Source: Octopus vulgaris
Taxonomy: Eukaryota
Direction of reading: 5' to 3'
Assembly: GCA_951406725.2 (NCBI GenBank)
Contig: OX597830.1
Span: 74,772,001 to 74,836,000, forward strand
DNA: 64,000 nt
Part shown: piece after piece, positions 58,281-64,000 of the stretch
Layout: each line of letters opens with the position of its first letter
Position numbering within the stretch: the stretch's first letter is position 1
Position numbers and translations under genes: made by a program
Notes under the pieces: model-generated
Told to the model about the DNA's origin: nothing
Database searches by the model: none
The model's input: only the letters and a program-made list of their open reading frames with translations

Positions 58281-58595
58281 TTTATAGAATTGTAAATACT
58301 CGCGTTCGCACAAACACGACCCTTATAGTATAGCAGCCGAGCAAACGAGATCGCTAGAAATAACACCAGAGTTTAAAAAAATATATTGGCGTCGATTGAA
58401 CAACGCATGGCTTTGCACCAGCATGGCCATAGTCGAATGCCAGTAAAATGATGTATAAGAAAAATTTTTCTTCATCACTTCATTTTCGTCCCGTTTCTCA
58501 TTTCGGCTCCGTTGAAATCGTTGAGAATCTCTTTACTTACATTAAATTCACTATATTTGTATGATATATTTTCATGTTTTGTACATTATATGTAC

Positions 58596-58703
58596 AAAAA
58601 TAATAAATTCTGGGGTCGATTTCTTCGACTAAGACTCTTTAAGGCGGTGCTCCATCATGGCCGCAGTCAAATGAACTGAAACAAGTAAAGAACAAAAGAA
58701 TAA
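58596..58703 (+). mobile_element. SINE family C 3' tail
   Basis: tggggtcgatttcttcgactaa...aaggcggtgctccatcatggccgcagtcaaatgaactgaaacaagtaaa. Confidence 0.85.
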
Positions 58704-59024
58704 GCATATATTTTTAAGCAATAAGATACTTCCGCTACAACAATAGCATGTGTGTGTGTGTATGTATATGTGTGTGTGCATATGTTTATGTGTGTGTGCG
58801 TATGTGTATGTGTACGCGTGCATATATATATGTGTGTCCGTGTTTACTCCTGCGTACGTGATAATATGTTACTTTTCAAATTCATCTTCTGTTTAGTTAT
58901 TCGTTATCGTCCGCATCGTCCGTATCGCGGAAACGAGAAACCCAGGTTTCTGATTGCTAAAATTTTACCCTACAGTAAAATACATCCTTTCTTCCTCCTC
59001 TCTCTTTCTTCCCCCTCTCTCTCT

Positions 59025-59078
<54 letters not shown>

Positions 59079-59181
59079 ATATGTATGTATCAGAGAGAAT
59101 AACTAAGAGAGGGATAGAAGGTTAATAGACAAACATTTGGCTACGTAGCTAGGTAGAGAGAGAGAGACAGGCAGGAAGATT

Positions 59182-59213
<32 letters not shown>

Positions 59214-59214
59214 T

Positions 59215-59264
<50 letters not shown>

Positions 59265-59394
59265 GGATAGATAGACAAAACAAAGAGAATGTCCACATGT
59301 CGTGCCGAATAGCAATTCATTCCTTTCAATTAGGAATCTTTCTCCAAAAACCCGAAACTGAATCCAATATTATTGTAAAGAACTCACAGAACTA

Positions 59395-59497
<103 letters not shown>

Positions 59498-60290
59498 CAA
59501 CAACAACAACGACAATTATGACACACATAAATTAATCTCTCTGTCTCTCATTCTCTCTCTCACACACACTCTCTCTCTCTCTCTCTCTCTCACTATCTAT
59601 CGATATATATATATATATGTATGTGTGTATATATCGGTGAGTGTACAATCTCTTACCACCTAAGAGCATTCTTTCTCACGTAGAATGATTTTAAATTCGT
59701 TCGTTTCTATGGTGATGGGTTCTAGTTTTTGGTTCATTTTCTCTTTTTTTTAATATATAGCGACTGGCTGAGGTGTAGTTCTCTTTGTGTAACTGTTGAT
59801 GCATACACACCACACATGACACATTTGATTACACACACACACACACACATATATATAGTATTAATCAAATGCTGGAAACAGGTATGGTATTGTAGTATGT
59901 TCTATAAAGCTTTAAATAATGTGCCTCATATTTCCCGTTGTATCCTGTTTTGTAGGTTGTTACTTGTCGTAGTCCATTGGGTATAAAGATGCAGTGTGGT
60001 ACCGTCTAAGGAATCTGGGTCTTGCTCATTCTTGTCGCATCGCAGGGCATATACGCTCTCCCTCTTTCTCTCACTCTCCCTCTCTCTCCATATGTCCATA
60101 AACATACATACATACATACATATATATATATATATGCATATGCATATATATGTATATAATGTAATAAATAAAAATATATGCATACATACAAACATAACTG
60201 GCCCTCCCCATTAATAAACACCTACACACAGAAGCATATATCTATATATATGTATATATATATATATATATACATATTTATGTATATATA

Positions 60291-60360
<70 letters not shown>

Positions 60361-60393
60361 TATATATATATATGCCTCTGTGTGTGTGTATTA

Positions 60394-60570
60394 ATGGGGA
60401 GGGCCGGTTTATGGGATTACCCTGAGTTTCCCGTCTGTAAAGTGTTTAGCTTTATAGTTTACCGTCAGACCCTAAAACCTGTTAAACTAAGACCTCTTCA
60501 AAATAATCGTACAGATTTCTGGATCTTAAGATACACCATGGAGCTAATCACATAAACCGGCCTTCCCCAT
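60394..60570. mobile_element. MITE with ~26-bp terminal inverted repeats
   Basis: atggggagggccggtttatgggatta (60394-60419) pairs with taatcacataaaccggccttccccat (60545-60570) with 2 mismatches; TTA on both flanks. Confidence 0.8.
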
Positions 60571-60660
60571 TTAAATATATACTGCTCTACATCTTAGAGT
60601 GTGCTTCTTCTCCGGATTTATGTTTTCTACAAACTATACATATATATATATCCTTTCAAT

Positions 60661-60873
60661 ATGTGACCTCGTGAATACCGCGAGCGATTTTTTTCCTCTG
60701 TCTTCGCTTCACGGGATCTTTCCTTTTCCTATGTTTCCGACGAAGAACTCCGCTCGAAACGTTAAACCCTCCTTCCCTTCTTTCTTGAGCGTCCAATAAT
60801 ACTTTATTTGTTCCACGTCCTCGCGTTGCTGTGTTTTTTGTGTGTTTCTTTTTGTGTTTTCTTGTTTGGATTA

Positions 60874-60878
<5 letters not shown>
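60661..60878 (+). mobile_element. Family D' element abutting (TA)n
   Basis: Aligns with the reverse complement of 20046-20240; contains ccgacgaagaactccgctcgaaacgtt. Confidence 0.85.
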
Positions 60879-60955
<77 letters not shown>

Positions 60956-61782
60956 TATTGTGTGTGGTGGTTTCTGTAAATTACTGTCAGCTCAGTAAAA
61001 CTGCTTTCACAATGAAATTAATATTCTAATGTTAAAGCAAGGCGAATGCATGTTGTGAAAGTAGAATTAGCATCACCAACATTTTGTTAAAACAGGGATA
61101 TGATCAAAAGATTTCCACCCATGACCATCCACAGAGTTTACTGCATATTTTATAATATATTATTTAAAGCATCGTGTCGGTAATTTAAATGAAATTTGGT
61201 TGTTATTTCTATGGAATGGAACCAATATTTGGAAGAATGCTGCTTTGTCTTCCTGCTTTTGCTTTCCAATTCAATCCGTTCCTTTATATGGATTTCGGCC
61301 AGTAGTGACCTAGGTCAAATCAAACATAATTACATCATCTGGCTAATGACTGTGAAATGTGAATTTCGAACATGGTCTTCTCCATCGACCATTCAAGCAT
61401 GAAGTTATCGTTAGCGGAAACGTATCCAGGTGTGGGTTATTTGACAGATACTTTTTTTTATACTTGGAATTTGTCCAGATAATGTTTGAAGGTGCTTGCG
61501 AATTTTTAATACTTTTTTTGTATTCATTAATGCTTTTTATTTTCCCCTTTTTGTAAAGGGCTTGATGTTAAGCAACACCTCGTAAAATAGGGAGCCTGTT
61601 GAGGTGATAAAAAAAAATGATGGCAAAGATTGATTGCGCTTGTGAGTGTGATCTTTCCAGCGCTCAGAAGTAGCGGAATATCCGAATCTTGTGTGTACGC
61701 AAACGATTGTGCATCTGTGTGTGCGTGTGTCTGTGTGCACGATTGAGCATGTGTGCGTGTGTGATTATGTCTCTTTGTATGG

Positions 61783-61827
<45 letters not shown>

Positions 61828-62059
61828 AGCCTGTGTGTGTATGCAAGTGAGTGTGTTAAATACGATCCCAAACCACTCGATTTCACATATTGAGAAAACA
61901 CTATGGAATTGTAGCGAACGGTTAAATGGTTAATATTTCCACGAATGACTAAAGATGAATGCTTGTAATATGATCATATGGTATTCCAGGTATATATATT
62001 GAAGTGGGCCCAGGAGGGATGCATGTGAACGTAATGATATGAGCCTGGTAATTCTAGAA

Positions 62060-62125
62060 CAATGATCCTCGAACTTTGTTTGCTCCACGGACGGGTTGCC
62101 TACAAGACAGTTTTTCCACGGAACG
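62060..62125 (+). mobile_element. hAT/Charlie-like (MER1-type) left-end remnant
   Basis: caatgatcctcgaactttgtttgctccacggacgggttgcctacaagacagtttttccacgga resembles, from recall, the MER1-type end cagcggtccccaacctttttggcaccagggaccggtttcgtggaagacaatttttccacgga. Confidence 0.4.
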
Positions 62126-62195
62126 ACGGGACACGCTCATAGCAAAACACGATAAAGGACATAATAGATAATATGATTATTATATATATAATCAT

Positions 62196-62329
62196 ATCTA
62201 CTATAAGCACAAGGCATGAAATTTGGGACAAGGGGATAGTCGTTTACGTTGCACCCAGTATTTAACTGGTATTTATTCTATTGACTCCAGCGGAATTTGA
62301 ACTCAGTAATTAGAACGTAAAGACGGACG

Positions 62330-62333
<4 letters not shown>
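62196..62333 (-). mobile_element. SINE family A fragment
   Basis: gcacaaggcatgaaatttgg...cggaatttgaactcag...gaacgtaaagacggacgaaat. Confidence 0.8.
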
Positions 62334-62386
<53 letters not shown>

Positions 62387-62388
<2 letters not shown>

Positions 62389-62938
62389 TACATATCAATT
62401 AGAGGTTAGAAGACCATCTAAGGGATAATAAATATCCAATATACTACTGGACGGATTTATATCCAAAGGCTTACTGTTGCAAGGCAATAGTACAATTGAA
62501 TGATAGCTACAAGTGGAGGTAAACAAATGTATGTCCGGAATTTATATAAGGCAAGGAAGAAAATGGAGCAGAGATTCAATTGACAAACATCAGTAATGTT
62601 TATTTATTATAATCATAGGAATCAATAAATAAATTACATGTATTATATATGTTGGAACGTACATACCATGCACAGGAAACATTTTTTACCATTTCTATAC
62701 TCAATTTTCCTTAAACAATAGTATCTTTATATATATATTATTTCTACTTTTATTCTCTTACTTCCCTCGATATTCCCTATCTCCTCCGTTTCCATAATAA
62801 TTCGAATTCTGATATTTTCTCACACCGTCTCCGATGGAGGGATAGCCATAGAATCCCAGCAACAGCTGTAAGACTATTTCATTATAAATGTCCTGAAATC
62901 TCCTCACAGCTTTGGATCTGTTATCTCATTCTCATATT
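62387..62938 (+). mobile_element. TA-embedded Penelope-like remnant with decayed minimal hammerhead
   Basis: Bounded by (TA)n. 62827-62874 reads gtct-CCGATGG-a-gggat...atccc-agca-ACAGCTGT-A-agac (stem I, stem II and palindromic stem III). Confidence 0.55.
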
Positions 62939-63343
62939 ATATATATATATATATAATACATATAATAAAGATATAATACAAGAGCACCTTCTCTATATAT
63001 AAAATAGGATTGAAATTTAAGAATATTTTCTTTGTGTACACTTGATCCACGACGCGCTGTTCGGGCACGCCCTCGTCTAGAACATAGATATTTGTATAGG
63101 TATTAAATGCAGGTAAACGGTAGATTTGAAAACGATCTATTACAAAGGATAGAGGCGTTATGTCATCTGTCATTTGGAGTCATCGATATGAAACTCCAAG
63201 CACCGGACTATACCAAGAAAATGGGAATTCATGTGCCCCATACTTTACATTTGTATCGAGAACTCTTATGTTTAGTCGTGATTGCGCCTTTTCAGGCGAA
63301 GGGATGTGGAGGAACACGACGGTACACACACTCTTTTACCTAA

Positions 63344-63388
<45 letters not shown>

Positions 63389-63617
63389 TGTGAGAGAGTT
63401 TGTCTGTCTGTCTGTGCATCTTAGTGTGTAAGAAGAAACTGAAAATTGCTGTTTGAATCACATCCTATTAGTTACTATGACACATAATAGAGACAAATGT
63501 AAGTTCATTGAGTGATACAATATATACACATCTCTGAACCCCTCTTTGGTTCTTTCTTTCTCTCTCTCTCTATATATACATATATATACACATTTATATA
63601 TATGTGCATGCATATAT

Positions 63618-63674
<57 letters not shown>

Positions 63675-63699
63675 CATACATATACACACACACACACAT

Positions 63700-63733
<34 letters not shown>

Positions 63734-63816
63734 CTATAGAGAAACAGAAGGGAATACAAAGAGAGACAGACCGACAGGAACGCACAAACAGGGAAAGTAA
63801 CACTCTACATAGTTCA

Positions 63817-63870
63817 TGCATCTGATGAGATGGTTATGTCCTGTGCGGCTACGAAATCTGAAGTCATGTG
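63817..63870 (+). ncRNA. Candidate minimal type I hammerhead ribozyme
   Basis: CTGATGA at 63822-63828, GAAA at 63853-63856, GTC at 63863-63865; stem I tgcat/atgtg (two G-U pairs); weak stems II and III. Confidence 0.35.
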
Positions 63871-63905
63871 CAGATGAGTCAAGCAAGCTGTATATAATAT
63901 ATATT

Positions 63906-63956
<51 letters not shown>

Positions 63957-63963
63957 ATGTATG

Positions 63964-64000
<37 letters not shown>

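Overview
AT-rich eukaryotic non-coding DNA (intergenic or large intron). It is dominated by simple repeats ((TA)n, (CA)n/(TG)n, (TATG)n, (TAGA)n, (AAT)n, (GA)n) and short interspersed elements. No intact protein-coding gene, rRNA, genuine tRNA or CRISPR array is supported, and most supplied ORFs are microsatellite translations. The repeat landscape looks like an octopus-type cephalopod genome (inference, not verified). Recognisable content: three tRNA-headed SINE families (called A, B and C here); the 3' end of a CR1-type LINE whose tail is shared with SINE C and one chimeric SINE B; several short elements sitting in (TA)n tracts that carry hammerhead-ribozyme-like cores (Penelope-like termini); a perfect 99-bp palindrome and other long hairpins; a Helentron-type non-autonomous element; MITE and DNA-transposon remnants; a decayed Gypsy pol fragment; and a degenerate ~128-bp satellite. 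All alignments and folds were done by eye, so element boundaries are approximate.
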